DNA of 32,000 bases, taken from the NCBI GenBank assembly GCA_016432445.1, contig CP066689.1, positions 330,001-362,000 of the forward strand, written 5' to 3'. Shown here piece by piece: positions 31,244 to 32,000 of the stretch. Position 1 is the first letter of the stretch. Each line of letters opens with the position of its first letter. The position numbers and the translations under genes were made by a program. Under the pieces are notes generated by a model. That model was not told the origin of the DNA, did no database searches, and saw only the letters and a program-made list of their open reading frames with translations. This DNA comes from Candidatus Saccharimonadota bacterium (GTDB lineage: Bacteria; Patescibacteriota; Microgenomatia; UBA1406; GWC2-37-13).

Positions 31244-32000
31244 ATGACTGAAACCCCCAATTTTTACGAACCTGCAACTCCTTTTAAATACCCTCTTCTT
31301 GATACTGATTTTTATGCAGATAGTACAGAGATAAAGCGATTAAAACATTTTCCGCACAAAGTGGTAAGAATAACAGAAGGAACTTATGATAATCGTCCTC
31401 TAGGTTCATTAAAAAATCAACTTAAATCAACTCAATATGAATACATTGAAGGCCGTAAAATTCTTCAAAGATTAAATGATCATTATCATATTCCTGTACC
31501 TGATTTTGATATCGTTATCGGGTCAGGGAATGATCAGCAAGTAACCTATTACACAATAGTCGACAAAATCTCAGGTAAAGATTTAGAATATTGTTCAATT
31601 AAACCTCGGGAAATGAAGCATGTAAAAAAGTTAGTAGATGAATTGTACGGTTCAATTGCCCAATATCTTTGGGATACTTATCAAGAAGGCGGATGGTATT
31701 TAAGTGATCTAGTAAAAGATGATTCCCAACTTGTTTATGGGAAGAAGAAAGGAGAGAAACAAAAGAGAATATATTTTGTAGATATTGAACCACGATTAGA
31801 GTATTTAGATTTACAAGATTCTAGGACTCATACACAAGTACTCATATTGGCTTTTAACTGGCTTTATGAAATGATTAAGTCCAGAGAATATGAATTTGGA
31901 TCAAAATTAAGACACGCGCGACAGACTTTACTCAATTTTGCAAATACTGTTTCTCCTTTTAATGAATATTTTCCAGATGTCCAAATGGTGAAAGAAGAAT
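31244..32000 (+). CDS. Hypothetical protein, possibly an atypical kinase-like fold, partial (continues beyond the right window edge)
   Basis: Not in the ORF track because it runs off the edge. My translation, MTETPNFYEPATPFKYPLLDTDFYADSTEIKRLKHF ... YYTIVDKISGKDL ... WYLSDLVKDDSQLVYG ... RIYFVDIEP ..., is open to the last base. The spacing of these blocks loosely resembles hinge / catalytic loop / metal-binding segments of small-molecule kinases. Confidence 0.5.
   Translation, partial: MTETPNFYEPATPFKYPLLDTDFYADSTEIKRLKHFPHKVVRITEGTYDNRPLGSLKNQLKSTQYEYIEGRKILQRLNDHYHIPVPDFDIVIGSGNDQQVTYYTIVDKISGKDLEYCSIKPREMKHVKKLVDELYGSIAQYLWDTYQEGGWYLSDLVKDDSQLVYGKKKGEKQKRIYFVDIEPRLEYLDLQDSRTHTQVLILAFNWLYEMIKSREYEFGSKLRHARQTLLNFANTVSPFNEYFPDVQMVKEE

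Overview
AT-rich (about one third G+C by eye), tightly packed bacterial chromosome segment dominated by housekeeping genes. In order: rmuC (partial), DHH-like gene, infB, nusA, rplY, a DUF4012 protein, thpR, secD, secF, cca, nfo, hrcA-grpE-dnaK-dnaJ, efp, radA, argS. TGA is used as a stop codon, so this is the standard bacterial code.

The protein architectures look like a Candidate Phyla Radiation / Patescibacteria (Microgenomates-like) genome. They include IF-2 starting directly at the G domain, a 245-aa HrcA, a cysteine-free DnaJ, and DUF4012, DUF3048, DUF4446, DUF5679 and PEGA+SH3 proteins. That placement is inference only.

I found no rRNA, tRNA, CRISPR array, transposase or integrase. 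The unusual content is mostly non-coding:
1. Nine long intergenic palindromes whose arms are tandem heptamers. They come in four sequence flavours, and every copy sits at a tail-to-head junction of co-directional genes.
2. A family of GC-rich nested hairpin repeats with conserved GAGAT...ATGAC termini and compensatory changes in the closing helix. One 49-nt core is also present in frame inside a protein-coding gene.
3. Two small higher-G+C, Shine-Dalgarno-led gene cassettes (about 4741-6060 and 10364-11158) in a genome where many native genes look leaderless (-10 box 6-7 nt before the ATG).
4. A CIRCE-like operator plus a possible SD-sequestering hairpin in front of hrcA, and a roughly 105-nt structured element between dnaK and dnaJ.
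5. An AbiEii-type nucleotidyltransferase two-gene module, followed by a kinase-like ORF, at the right edge.

All coordinates and structures were derived by eye. None has been checked by folding, statistics or database search.
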